Shown: in pieces, positions 1 to 8,655 of the stretch
Layout of the letters: each line of letters starts with the position of its first letter
How positions within the stretch are numbered: the first letter of the stretch is position 1
From: a virus
Lineage: Duplodnaviria > Caudoviricetes
DNA length: 43,095 nt
Direction: 5' to 3' (one strand)
IMG/VR virus record: IMGVR_UViG_3300049436_000042
Span: 1-43,095 of that record
The notes under the pieces: model-generated
The model's database searches: none
Seen by the model: only the letters and a program-made list of their open reading frames with translations
What the model was told of the DNA's origin: nothing
Position numbers and translations under genes: made by a program

Positions 1-127
1 TCGCCCATCACCGTAGCGGTAAAAACATCCGACATAATTCCCTCCTGCGGTTGCAAAAACTTTTGCATTAATCCAGACTTACAGGTGGTTTGTTACCCCT
101 GTAAAAAATGGAGATCACTATGATTAC
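1..127. repeat. Terminal direct repeat, left copy (circular assembly overlap)
   Basis: 1-127 is identical to 42969-43095; 127 is a common assembler k-mer length. Confidence 0.95.
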
Positions 128-1094
128 CCTATCCACCGCATTGACCCGGTATATGCTGGAGGATCGTGCCCCCGCTACCCAGGATGTCTATCGTCGCGTA
201 TTGAACCGAGCAGTCGGCTTTCTTGGTGCAGAGCGAGGGGTAAGCCTGATCAGCAAGGAGGATATCCTTCTCTATATCCAGTCGCTGCGTGCTCAGGACA
301 TTCTCTACGCCAACCATCCCCGCCGGGCGGCTGAAAAAGGCCAGCTCTCCGAGAAGACGGTGGAGAAGCATGTCAAAACCTTAATCACGTTTTTTCGTTG
401 GTTGGTGGAAAATGATTTGCTAGAGAAGAATCCGTGCGACCGTGTTCACCTACGACGGTTCAAACGCGAGCCCGGCAGTTCGAAGGCTGCCACGCCGGAC
501 GAATTGCAAAAAATGCTGCGCGTAGCAGAAGCGAAGGCGGCACTGGGGAGGCCCTTACATTTAGCGGTGTTTATATTTTTATGCGATACCGGCGCGCGCT
601 GTGGGGAAGCTGCCAGCGTGACCGTGGGTGATCTGATGCTCGATCAGGGATATTCGTGGTGTATCGGGAAGGGAAATAAGGAGCGACCGTTATTTTATGG
701 CGACCGGACAGCGGCGATATTGCGGCTCTGGTTAGCCCATCATCCAGATCCGATTCCATCCGCGTCCTTGTTTGGCCTGGCCGGAGACTCAATCTCGCAA
801 GTCATCAACCGCCTGGCGAAATCGGCTGGTATCTCACGCCCGTTAGGAGCTCATGCCATTCGACACCGGGTGGGGCAAGTCTGGTCTTCAGCGAAGATGA
901 GCGAGCAGGCGACTCAGCTCAAGCTCGGTCACGACAGCCCGACAATCACTATGGAGATGTACTACAACACCACCTACGATCATGTCGCGCACGCGAGTAG
1001 AACGCTCTCCTTAGCCGCCATTTATGGCGTTCCGAATGAACCCATGCACATCACACCTAGATCGGTGTTGCTGTATCGCAAAACAGGTTCATAA
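120..1094 (+). CDS. int: Tyrosine recombinase / phage integrase
   Basis: TGARCGE, GKGNKER, HAIRH, LGH and YY supply the R-K-H-R-H-Y catalytic set. ATG 120 follows GGAG; ATG 108 is an alternative start. Confidence 0.93.
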   Translation: MITLSTALTRYMLEDRAPATQDVYRRVLNRAVGFLGAERGVSLISKEDILLYIQSLRAQDILYANHPRRAAEKGQLSEKTVEKHVKTLITFFRWLVENDLLEKNPCDRVHLRRFKREPGSSKAATPDELQKMLRVAEAKAALGRPLHLAVFIFLCDTGARCGEAASVTVGDLMLDQGYSWCIGKGNKERPLFYGDRTAAILRLWLAHHPDPIPSASLFGLAGDSISQVINRLAKSAGISRPLGAHAIRHRVGQVWSSAKMSEQATQLKLGHDSPTITMEMYYNTTYDHVAHASRTLSLAAIYGVPNEPMHITPRSVLLYRKTGS

Positions 1095-1103
1095 GGTGCA
1101 ATC

Positions 1104-1233
1104 AACAACTTCATAATCGTAAAGGTTCCAAGAGGCCCCCGGTTCAAATCCGGGCGCCCCGACTGGTTTTTTACCCCTTTTGAAGTTGTTTTGCACCCTA
1201 TGGCGCAATCAAGATAGGGTCTATGAAGTTGTT
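1104..1233. repeat. Putative integrase arm-type or accessory sites flanking attP
   Basis: AACAACTTCA at 1104-1113 and its reverse complement TGAAGTTGTT at 1181-1190 and 1224-1233. Confidence 0.6.
1127..1163 (+). other. attP core: 3' half of tRNA-Pro
   Basis: CCAAG-AGGCC-CCCGG-TTCAAAT-CCGGG-CGCCCCG-AC reads as anticodon 3' strand, variable loop, T arm and an acceptor strand complementary to CGGGGCG, typical of tRNA-Pro. No 5' half; lies just downstream of int. Confidence 0.85.
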
Positions 1234-1247
1234 AATGTGCAAGTTCA

Positions 1248-1324
1248 GCCGCTCGATGTTTACGCATCGAGCGGTTTTGTTTTCCAGAGACGGCAGTAGG
1301 AATTATTCTACTGCCGTTTTTTTT
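1248..1324. terminator. Two tandem intrinsic terminator hairpins
   Basis: CCGCTCGATG...CATCGAGCGG+TTTT and ACGGCAGTAG...CTACTGCCGT+T-run, between convergent genes. Confidence 0.75.
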
Positions 1325-1446
1325 ATCGACTTAAAATCATGCTAATAATCACGACCAATCCCATGACAATAATAAAAAACAAGCCACAGGCCGGATCGTC
1401 TTTCGTCGCCGGGTTGACGTAATGCTGCTTTCCCTTACTCATCGTG

Positions 1447-2106
1447 TCACTGTGCCAGGAAGAATACCTGATCGAAACTGACAATCATACGGATCAGGCT
1501 TACCACTTCATCTACTGGAACTTGAAGGAATAAATAGCCGCGCAGTGTATTCCCGCTGTACGCCTCTTGCTCGGTAAATTTATTGGGCTCCATGTTAAAC
1601 CATGAAGTTTCATCATTTACCGCGCCCGAATCACTAACCAGCGCCCCGGCCATCACATCCATCCACGAGCAGCTTTCATTCGGATCTTCGGTCTGGCATT
1701 GGTATTCGATATCCAGCGCGACAATTCGCATTCCGGCTTCAACCGTACTGTATTGATCTGTCGGCGTATACGGATCAACCACGCCAGCAATCCTCACCTG
1801 TCCATTATCGAACTGATAAAACGTATTCAACGGCACGGGATTCGTGCGCTGACCTTCATCTACAGCAGTCTGACACGAAAAATATAAGGTTGCGAGTGTC
1901 GCTTCCACTTGCCGGATCTGTTCGAGCGCCGCCGCTCCTGTTAGGGCAGTCGCCGCCGTTAATCCGGCCTGGGCATCGGCAATCGCCGCACTGATCTGCG
2001 CATCGTCGCACAGTAGATCACCGTTCTGTGCCTGGACAGAACCAGACTCCGGCACGGCCATCAGCACCAGCAGCACAACCAACAGGCTTACAAGTAGGCG
2101 TTTCAT
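1447..2106 (-). CDS. Secreted/surface protein with an Ig-like (DUF4352-like) C-terminal domain; possible superinfection exclusion
   Basis: Signal peptide MKRLLVSLLVVLLV...VQA, RTNPVP motif, beta-rich C-terminus, GGAGG RBS, location beside int. Confidence 0.55.
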   Translation of the reverse strand: MKRLLVSLLVVLLVLMAVPESGSVQAQNGDLLCDDAQISAAIADAQAGLTAATALTGAAALEQIRQVEATLATLYFSCQTAVDEGQRTNPVPLNTFYQFDNGQVRIAGVVDPYTPTDQYSTVEAGMRIVALDIEYQCQTEDPNESCSWMDVMAGALVSDSGAVNDETSWFNMEPNKFTEQEAYSGNTLRGYLFLQVPVDEVVSLIRMIVSFDQVFFLAQ

Positions 2107-2330
2107 GGGGATACCCTCCTAATACATAGCGCACATATCCCCAATCCTACACCCAATCCACAGTAAGAGGAAAGTTACATTCATCAGGTTAACTTGTTAA
2201 GGTGCTCGTGCGATGCCCCGCCGCTACTCTGCCTTCGCGTGGACGTTTTGACGTGCGCGGGGAGGTGTGTGTACACTAACCTTCGGGCGCTGTGGTTGCG
2301 ACACAGCGATCCAGGCCGTCGTAGTGGCTG

Positions 2331-2549
2331 TCACACTGCGACGGCCACCGTCTCCCCCGGTTCGGTTTCCTTTCCAGAAACCGGGTGACTACCCCAAACA
2401 ATATCCGATTCCAAGCGAATGCCTCTTTTGGTTGCCCATTCGATTAAAGCCTCACGCACTAGGGCAGCAACAGGGGCTTTTCTGGCATCGGATTGCCGCT
2501 TCAGGGCTGTATCCATTTCTTCTGTCACAGTAATTATGATTCGTGGCAT
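2331..2549 (-). CDS. Ribbon-helix-helix (CopG/Arc-like) regulator, candidate repressor
   Basis: MPRIIITVTEEMDTALKRQSDARKAPVAALVREALIEW has a beta-strand plus two helices pattern; divergent from the early operon. Confidence 0.75.
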   Translation of the reverse strand: MPRIIITVTEEMDTALKRQSDARKAPVAALVREALIEWATKRGIRLESDIVWGSHPVSGKETEPGETVAVAV

Positions 2550-2581
2550 TGGCATTTCCTATAGAAATCGAACTTATCCTG

Positions 2582-2645
2582 AGTATACAGCTTGCTATCA
2601 TCCGATGTCAACTTGTTGACAGAGTGATAGCACTCGATATATAAT
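2582..2645. promoter_or_regulatory. Back-to-back sigma70 promoters with inverted operators
   Basis: + strand TTGACA 2616-2621 / TATAAT 2640-2645; - strand TTGACA 2611-2606 / TATACT 2587-2582; TGCTATCA and TGATAGCA lie in the two spacers. Confidence 0.8.
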
Positions 2646-2692
2646 TATAAATGTCGGCTCTAATGAAGTTCATATGAAGGAAGGATCATCTC

Positions 2693-2923
2693 ATGAAAAA
2701 ACAACTCTACTTCTCCGTCATGGCCCCCACTATCACCTACACCTGCGCCGCTGTCCGTGATGCCCACGAAAAAGCGTCCGCTGGCAAAGTATCCGTAGGC
2801 TGTCCCATTCCCCCACGTCAACCCGCCCTCGAACTCGACCCGGCCAAAATCGCGCAGGGCCAGGCCGATGTCAACTGGCTCACGAATGTCTTCTCTAATG
2901 CGCGTCTAACGAAGGGCCGATAA
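2693..2923 (+). CDS. Hypothetical protein, first gene of the early operon
   Basis: AAGGA RBS; directly downstream of the promoter. Confidence 0.6.
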   Translation: MKKQLYFSVMAPTITYTCAAVRDAHEKASAGKVSVGCPIPPRQPALELDPAKIAQGQADVNWLTNVFSNARLTKGR

Positions 2924-2981
2924 CTCTGTCAGCCCGTGCTATCCTAATCATATTGCAATAAAGATTGCAGAAAGGAACCTC

Positions 2982-3416
2982 ATGAACGGCAACGGCAAGA
3001 ACGGATCAGGCAATCCCAGGCTCTGGGGACCGATCACCCCCATTTCGCGGGATGAGATTCCATCCTCGCGACCAGCTCCTTATCACGCTCTCTGGGTCGA
3101 TATCGTTCAGCGTATCAAACTTGCCCCGGATGATTTTGCATTCCGTATTACCTGCGATGATTTACTCACAGCCGGACATGTCGCGGATTCCCTTCGCGAA
3201 TACGCCGCCCGGAACTATCCCAAGGGCACGTTCCTGATCCGCAAGGTCGGCACTGATGTTTTCGTCGCCCGTGGCGAGAACTACCCAACACCCGAACCTG
3301 CTGCCGCCCCTGTCATCGATGAAGACATCGTGCCCGTACCAGATCCCACTCCCGAACCAGATCCCGAACCCGTCCGTCGTCGCGGTCGCCCGCGCAAGTC
3401 TCAGCAGGAGATATAG
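2982..3416 (+). CDS. Hypothetical protein with a C-terminal AT-hook-like RRRGRPRK
   Basis: AAAGGA RBS; Pro/acidic linker followed by RGRPRK. Confidence 0.7.
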   Translation: MNGNGKNGSGNPRLWGPITPISRDEIPSSRPAPYHALWVDIVQRIKLAPDDFAFRITCDDLLTAGHVADSLREYAARNYPKGTFLIRKVGTDVFVARGENYPTPEPAAAPVIDEDIVPVPDPTPEPDPEPVRRRGRPRKSQQEI

Positions 3417-3417
3417 C

Positions 3418-4665
3418 ATGGCAATCCCGCTCACTCCACTGGAAGTTAGTAACCCCGATCTGGCTGCCATCCTACTCGGCACACCGCGCGAGTCGGAAGG
3501 CACAGGCCAGCCCATGATCGAAATCGCACCTGGAGAAGAACTTAGCGGCGATGGTGCAGGCGAGTCGCTTCCCGACGCTTCCGCCGAGTCTGCTCCCGAC
3601 GAGCCCGAAGCCAACGAAGCCGACCTGATCGCCAGCATCCTGAACCTGCTGGATGAATCCCCCGACCCCCTTACCGACATGCAGATCGCGCATAAATTGA
3701 ATGCCAGTCCTACCGAGATCTGGCATTTCACTCATCACATTTTGCGTGAGCAGCTTGTCGTCAATCCCGGTAGCTCAGCGGACGGCACATTCCCGACATA
3801 TGCCAGTCGTAAACGCGAGCCCGAAGCCTCCACCCCTGCCGCCGAATTTGCCGCTCTGGTCACCGAATCCAACCGCCTGGCCGCCGAAAAAATCCGTGCA
3901 GAATTTCACCAGGGCGTTGAATCTATTGTTCGCCGACAGTCCTACAAAGCCGCTCCCAACTGGCGCGCCCGGCTCAAAGAATTGCGCGCCAAGTATCCCG
4001 ATCACGCCACCCCACCCGAATATGCCAACCTGCCCAACTGGACGCGCCACTACGGCACATCTCAACATCTGTGGAACAATCCGCACACAATGCTGCACTC
4101 GCCCGAATTCGCGCTGCTGATCAAATCGAGATCTGTTGCTGGCGTGGATGGTTTCATGTGCGTGCTGGAAGGCAAATATAAAGCTTCTGCTGGCGGCCCG
4201 GCCCGCGCCGCTTATCACGCTGCCCTCCGCCAGCAGCGCCTCGCCGCCCATGATGTTGCCGATCTGGTCGAAAAAGTAGATCGCCAATCGCGCACTCTCT
4301 GCTCCTATGAAAAGCAGCTCTGTGAGCAGCATGATCGAATCAACCATCTCGTCATGCGCAATATCGGGGATCGAAGCAATCTTATCGCAAGCCATAACCG
4401 GGCAGCAGCCACCGCACAGAATCTTTTTAAGGATCTGGATATCGTCCGCGCCCGCCGCGACAACTGGCGCGCGAAATATGAGGCGCTGCTAGTGTCCGAT
4501 GATCTGTGGGTCACGCGCTATAACGCGCAGCTCGCGGAGATTGAATCGTTGAAGTCCGAAATCGCAGAAATGAGAGCGGCAGCGTTAGGCGTATCAGTGG
4601 AGCAGCTTCCCGGCCTCACCACTGACCACGCCGACATCATTGAGACCGCCGCCGCCATTTCCTAG
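3418..4665 (+). CDS. Hypothetical protein with a winged-HTH-like segment and C-terminal coiled coil
   Basis: ATG 3418 after AGGAG; ILNLLDESPDPLTDMQIAHKLNASPTEI resembles a wHTH; heptad-rich C-terminus. Confidence 0.65.
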   Translation: MAIPLTPLEVSNPDLAAILLGTPRESEGTGQPMIEIAPGEELSGDGAGESLPDASAESAPDEPEANEADLIASILNLLDESPDPLTDMQIAHKLNASPTEIWHFTHHILREQLVVNPGSSADGTFPTYASRKREPEASTPAAEFAALVTESNRLAAEKIRAEFHQGVESIVRRQSYKAAPNWRARLKELRAKYPDHATPPEYANLPNWTRHYGTSQHLWNNPHTMLHSPEFALLIKSRSVAGVDGFMCVLEGKYKASAGGPARAAYHAALRQQRLAAHDVADLVEKVDRQSRTLCSYEKQLCEQHDRINHLVMRNIGDRSNLIASHNRAAATAQNLFKDLDIVRARRDNWRAKYEALLVSDDLWVTRYNAQLAEIESLKSEIAEMRAAALGVSVEQLPGLTTDHADIIETAAAIS

Positions 4666-4711
4666 TATCGCACATTTGCAATCTTATTTGCAGTCGTATG
4701 GAGGTATTACA

Positions 4712-5497
4712 ATGTCCGTCTCAAGTCCAGTCACCTGCCCGCGTTGTGGGCATGACAAACCCATCGGGGATCAGTTCTGCCCCGACTGCGCGAAAGAATC
4801 ACTGCCGGTCGAAGTCACCGTAGTCCTGGATCAAATCGACCCGGTCACCCCCGAAGTGACCCCCGTGGCGGGATCTGTCGCCGTCACGGTCGAACCCGCC
4901 GAAACCGCTGCCCAGACTGCCGAATCGGCTCCGGCCCCTGCCTCCGAGCCAATCCCCGCCGCCACAACCGACCCGGAACCCGCCCTCGATACCATCCGCT
5001 TTGTCAGTTACCGTGTTAATGTCCATGACAACGCGGATCAGATCCAGGCGCAGCGCCAGATCTCCGAACTCGTCGCCGCTGGTTGGCAGATCAAAGGTAT
5101 AACAGGCGATCTTTGGGTTACCGTCCTGCTCACCAACCTGCCCAAGCAGCAGCCGCAGCGCCCGGAACGCGAAGAACGCGCCGCCGAACGTGAACGCCCG
5201 GCCCGCCCCGCCTTCGTCAAGATCCCGCGCCAGGAAGAAAAAGGCCCCGTGAGCTCATTCGTGCTCAATGGCATCTCCCTCAATCACCTGCCCGACGAGA
5301 TCGACCTGGAGTCACTGACCTCCAAAGAAGCAACAACCCTGTTCACTCAGGGCAAAATCTCGCGCGAAGAGTTTGATGATGTCTGCAACCGCGAGATCAA
5401 ACACGCCGCTCGGCGCGGCTACGAATCCGTCGATAAGTTCACCCCGATCACCTCACTGAAGAAGGGATCTCGCCGTGAGCCAGCAGCCTCCAAGTAA
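4712..5497 (+). CDS. Zinc-ribbon protein
   Basis: CPRC...CPDC at the N-terminus; GGAGG RBS before ATG 4712. Confidence 0.7.
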   Translation: MSVSSPVTCPRCGHDKPIGDQFCPDCAKESLPVEVTVVLDQIDPVTPEVTPVAGSVAVTVEPAETAAQTAESAPAPASEPIPAATTDPEPALDTIRFVSYRVNVHDNADQIQAQRQISELVAAGWQIKGITGDLWVTVLLTNLPKQQPQRPEREERAAERERPARPAFVKIPRQEEKGPVSSFVLNGISLNHLPDEIDLESLTSKEATTLFTQGKISREEFDDVCNREIKHAARRGYESVDKFTPITSLKKGSRREPAASK

Positions 5498-6077
5498 CGA
5501 CGAGCAAATTATTCAATCGCTCTCCCTGGTAGATCAACGCGTCAGCGGCGTAGTCTCAGCCGCTGGCGAGGACTACGAAGCTATATGCGATTTGATGGAT
5601 GATTTGTATGAGCAGGGTGTGAATCCTGCCTCTCTCAGCGAGATCCAGGATCGCACCAATGCGCTGGCGAACACAAATCAGATACTGGTCGCCGCTTATG
5701 AATCGGCGGTCGAAGCTGCTCGCGTTATGCGTCTCCATGCCGATCAGCTTGCCGATGCTTTAGAGCGCTACAAGCAGGCTGTTCTCGATCTTGATCCTAA
5801 CCTGCCCGAAACCCGCGCGATTTATCAACGTGCTTGGGATGAGGCCAGCATCACCATGTACGAAGCCGCCTATCAAACTCTGCCTGGCGAAATCTACATG
5901 AGCACCGGATTAACCGTTTCTCAAGCAAAAATCCTTCTCGATCTGATCACCGGTGATGGTGGTTTTATCGACGAGAGCGATCCTATCTGGGACGACCTCG
6001 CCGCCTGGATCGAGCGCGCGGAATCTGCAAGAGATCAAGCTGAAGATGACTATTTGTCTAGCCAGGAGGATATGTAA
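5475..6077 (+). CDS. Acidic helical protein, paralog A
   Basis: D/E-rich; aligns by eye with 6081-6677. Confidence 0.7.
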   Translation: MSQQPPSNDEQIIQSLSLVDQRVSGVVSAAGEDYEAICDLMDDLYEQGVNPASLSEIQDRTNALANTNQILVAAYESAVEAARVMRLHADQLADALERYKQAVLDLDPNLPETRAIYQRAWDEASITMYEAAYQTLPGEIYMSTGLTVSQAKILLDLITGDGGFIDESDPIWDDLAAWIERAESARDQAEDDYLSSQEDM

Positions 6078-6080
6078 GCC

Positions 6081-6677
6081 ATGACTACCCCAACCAACGA
6101 AACCAACGATCTCGATCTCAAGCCGCTCGAAGAACAGCTTGAAGAATCAACCGCACTCGTCGCCCCATCCTACGAATCCATTGGACAAACGCTGGAATCG
6201 CTCTGGCAGGAAGGTGCAGACGAGAGCCGGCTGACCGTCATTCAGTCCAAAGCCGACCAGCTGGTCAACGTGATCAACAGCCTGAACAAAGCGGCGACGA
6301 TGGGCCTGAATACGGCCCAGAAAGCGCTCGAGCAGCGCGATGCCGCTGTGTCGGAACTGGAAGACCTGCGCGACGCCGTGATGTGCGTCGATACGGATAA
6401 CGACCTGGTATCTGAACTGGTCGATGCTGTGCTCGAAGACGAGGCCGAATATATCTATCAGAACTTCGACGAAAACCAAATCCAAAACATGGTGGATGCA
6501 ACGCCCCTCGAATGGACTGATGCCAGCTTTCTCCAGGATGTTTTATTCAATACCATGCTCTCCGATGAATCTCCCCTGTGGGATGAATTTAAAGCCTGGA
6601 TGATCAAGGCTCGTGACGAAATCAAGGGTAATCGCAACTGGTACAACGTCAAATTCAGTTTCGAGAGCAAGGACTAA
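6081..6677 (+). CDS. Acidic helical protein, paralog B
   Basis: GGAGG RBS; D/E-rich; aligns by eye with 5475-6077. Confidence 0.75.
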   Translation: MTTPTNETNDLDLKPLEEQLEESTALVAPSYESIGQTLESLWQEGADESRLTVIQSKADQLVNVINSLNKAATMGLNTAQKALEQRDAAVSELEDLRDAVMCVDTDNDLVSELVDAVLEDEAEYIYQNFDENQIQNMVDATPLEWTDASFLQDVLFNTMLSDESPLWDEFKAWMIKARDEIKGNRNWYNVKFSFESKD

Positions 6678-6682
6678 CCGCC

Positions 6683-7135
6683 ATGTCCCGCCGGGCAACA
6701 TCCACCCAACGCATGGTTTATGGCGCAATGGCGACTCAACTCGACCGAGTCAACGCCGCCAACGCCAGCCAGCGCGTAGCCGAACTAGAACAGGAGATCG
6801 CGCGCTTGCAATCTTCATTGCAAACCGCGCGGGAAATCATCGAGCGGCAGAATAAATTCATCGAAAACTTGCAGCAGCCCGCCGATCCTGCTCCCGCGAA
6901 GCCTCTCCCGATGGCCCAGGTTGCTGGTCGCCCGGCTCCGAACTTAATCTACAAAGGCCGTGCAGCGACAACGGCCAAGCGCGCTTCTGATTACTATAAC
7001 GTCTCGCCATCGACCGTCATTCGACGATTGCAGTCTGGCAAAATGGCAGGGGAGCAGCTTCCTGATTCCAACCGTTGGATTGTCTATCTCGATTGTGATA
7101 TTCCGCGTTTTCAAAAGAAAGGACGCAAGAAATGA
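6683..7135 (+). CDS. Coiled coil plus C-terminal HTH (excisionase/MerR-like)
   Basis: TAKRASDYYNVSPSTVIRRLQSGKMAG...WIV. Confidence 0.65.
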   Translation: MSRRATSTQRMVYGAMATQLDRVNAANASQRVAELEQEIARLQSSLQTAREIIERQNKFIENLQQPADPAPAKPLPMAQVAGRPAPNLIYKGRAATTAKRASDYYNVSPSTVIRRLQSGKMAGEQLPDSNRWIVYLDCDIPRFQKKGRKK

Positions 7136-7485
7136 TCGAATATCCGTCTGTAGGTTCGCTCGTTGTCGTGATGCATGACCTGAAGGGCCGTAGCAGCGAC
7201 GTGGTTATTCCCGCCGATACACTGGGCATTCTCAAGGCCTATACCACGTCAGTTCTGGTGCAGGTCGATTTTGGTCAGTTCATGGGGGTTAAATTCGTCT
7301 CGGTGAACGACCTCGTCGCGCTGGATATCCCGGCCACTCAGGACGCTTATCCCACGCCAGGTCAGACATTGCTGGATCTCTGCCATATGCTGATCAAGGC
7401 AAATCGTAATATGGCCTGGGAACTCACGCAGCTCGTGCATCTGTCGCCGCCTCGCCTGCACAAGACGACTTATCGCGATAACTAG
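7132..7485 (+). CDS. Hypothetical protein with an SH3/KOW-like N-terminus
   Basis: ATGA overlap with the previous gene; VGSLVVV...GIL...VQVDF pattern. Confidence 0.6.
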   Translation: MIEYPSVGSLVVVMHDLKGRSSDVVIPADTLGILKAYTTSVLVQVDFGQFMGVKFVSVNDLVALDIPATQDAYPTPGQTLLDLCHMLIKANRNMAWELTQLVHLSPPRLHKTTYRDN

Positions 7486-7531
7486 CCCTTATACGCCGAA
7501 CGGGCGAGTCAATGCCGACTCGCCCGTCCAA

Positions 7532-7999
7532 ATGGAGATGTATGTTTGTATGAAATCCACTGCACCCATCATATCACAACTGGACCGCAACCTCAATGCG
7601 GCCATCCAGGATCAACAGTCCCGCACGCTGGCCGCGAAGAAGGCTGCACTCTATGAGTCACATTTTGGCCTATGCCCTGACGCTGCGACCGCTCGCCCAC
7701 CAGATGAGATCATCCGTCTGCAAAAGCAGCTTGCTCGGCTGCGCCATAAAATGCCGCCCTTGGGGTTGCTCCACGAAACCTATGATGAAGCATTCGCCGA
7801 TCCGTCCTGGTGGGCCAGCCGTCCGGCCATCTGCCCCAGTTGCCCGCCGGATCTGGTTCGTTCGCTTTGGCGCACCATCCGCCAGATCGAGCAGCATATC
7901 CGCGATCTTGATCGCGCCCGGCGTGGGGTGCAGCGCATCCCGTTACACCCGCGTCCATCTGTGCCGGTGCTCCGTTCTCAATCGTTAATGGTTCTATAG
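7532..7999 (+). CDS. Hypothetical protein with a CPSC motif
   Basis: In operon orientation; start may be 7550, after GGAG. Confidence 0.55.
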   Translation: MEMYVCMKSTAPIISQLDRNLNAAIQDQQSRTLAAKKAALYESHFGLCPDAATARPPDEIIRLQKQLARLRHKMPPLGLLHETYDEAFADPSWWASRPAICPSCPPDLVRSLWRTIRQIEQHIRDLDRARRGVQRIPLHPRPSVPVLRSQSLMVL

Positions 8000-8012
8000 A
8001 AAGGAATCTACG

Positions 8013-8417
8013 ATGAAGGTAGTGATGTTTGATGTTGAAAAATTACTGACTGGTGCTCGTATGGCGACCCTGACCCCTGCCACTACCGCCGACCGCTGCC
8101 GCCCTGCACCAGAGGATCAATGGTTACCCCTCGATGCTCTGCCGGTGGGGAATCAAGCGGCAGTAGTGAGCCATTACGGCAAGCACACCAGCAAAACGGG
8201 CGGACTGATGACTATCCGGTCGCTGGCGACGAATCGCACCTACACCTTCGAGATCACGGCGATCCGCCTGGTGCGCGCCAACGATCTGACGGTGGACGAA
8301 CTCGCAGCGCTGGGCCATGACGACCGCTCCAGTTTCGATCTCGAATTCGGGGATACGCTGGGCAACCGCCGCTGCTGGCTCCTGTATCTGACACCCCCGA
8401 ATTTCCGCCCCAACTAG
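8013..8417 (+). CDS. ASCH/PUA-like domain protein
   Basis: EITAIRLVRANDLTVDELAALG...F...CWLLYL matches the ASCH C-terminal pattern; AAAGGA RBS. Confidence 0.6.
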   Translation: MKVVMFDVEKLLTGARMATLTPATTADRCRPAPEDQWLPLDALPVGNQAAVVSHYGKHTSKTGGLMTIRSLATNRTYTFEITAIRLVRANDLTVDELAALGHDDRSSFDLEFGDTLGNRRCWLLYLTPPNFRPN

Positions 8418-8425
8418 TGATGATC

Positions 8426-8452
8426 AACGGCAGCCGCAAGCTGCCGTTTTTG
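8426..8452 (+). terminator. Intrinsic terminator of the early operon
   Basis: AACGGCAGC-CGCAA-GCTGCCGTT followed by TTT. Confidence 0.8.
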
Positions 8453-8655
8453 ATTCCACGAACCCCCATTTTTTAGGGGTATATAAACATATATATCGAT
8501 ATATACTTTAGATAGTTAAATATGATGTTCTCCGCAAGGAGGGCGACCGGTAACCAAACCGAGACACGCGGACCACCGCGAAACCAAGGGTAGGTATCAT
8601 AAGCAGAAACTCCGAGTGTCACCTCGGAGTTTCTTAGAAGAAAGGAAGTTTTACT

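Noticed and set aside
1-127. Biological terminal repeat of the virion DNA
   Set aside because: The length equals a common assembly k-mer and the repeat cuts through genes; an assembly overlap is more likely
1127-1163. Functional tRNA gene
   Set aside because: Only the 3' half is present, with no D arm or 5' acceptor strand; interpreted as attP
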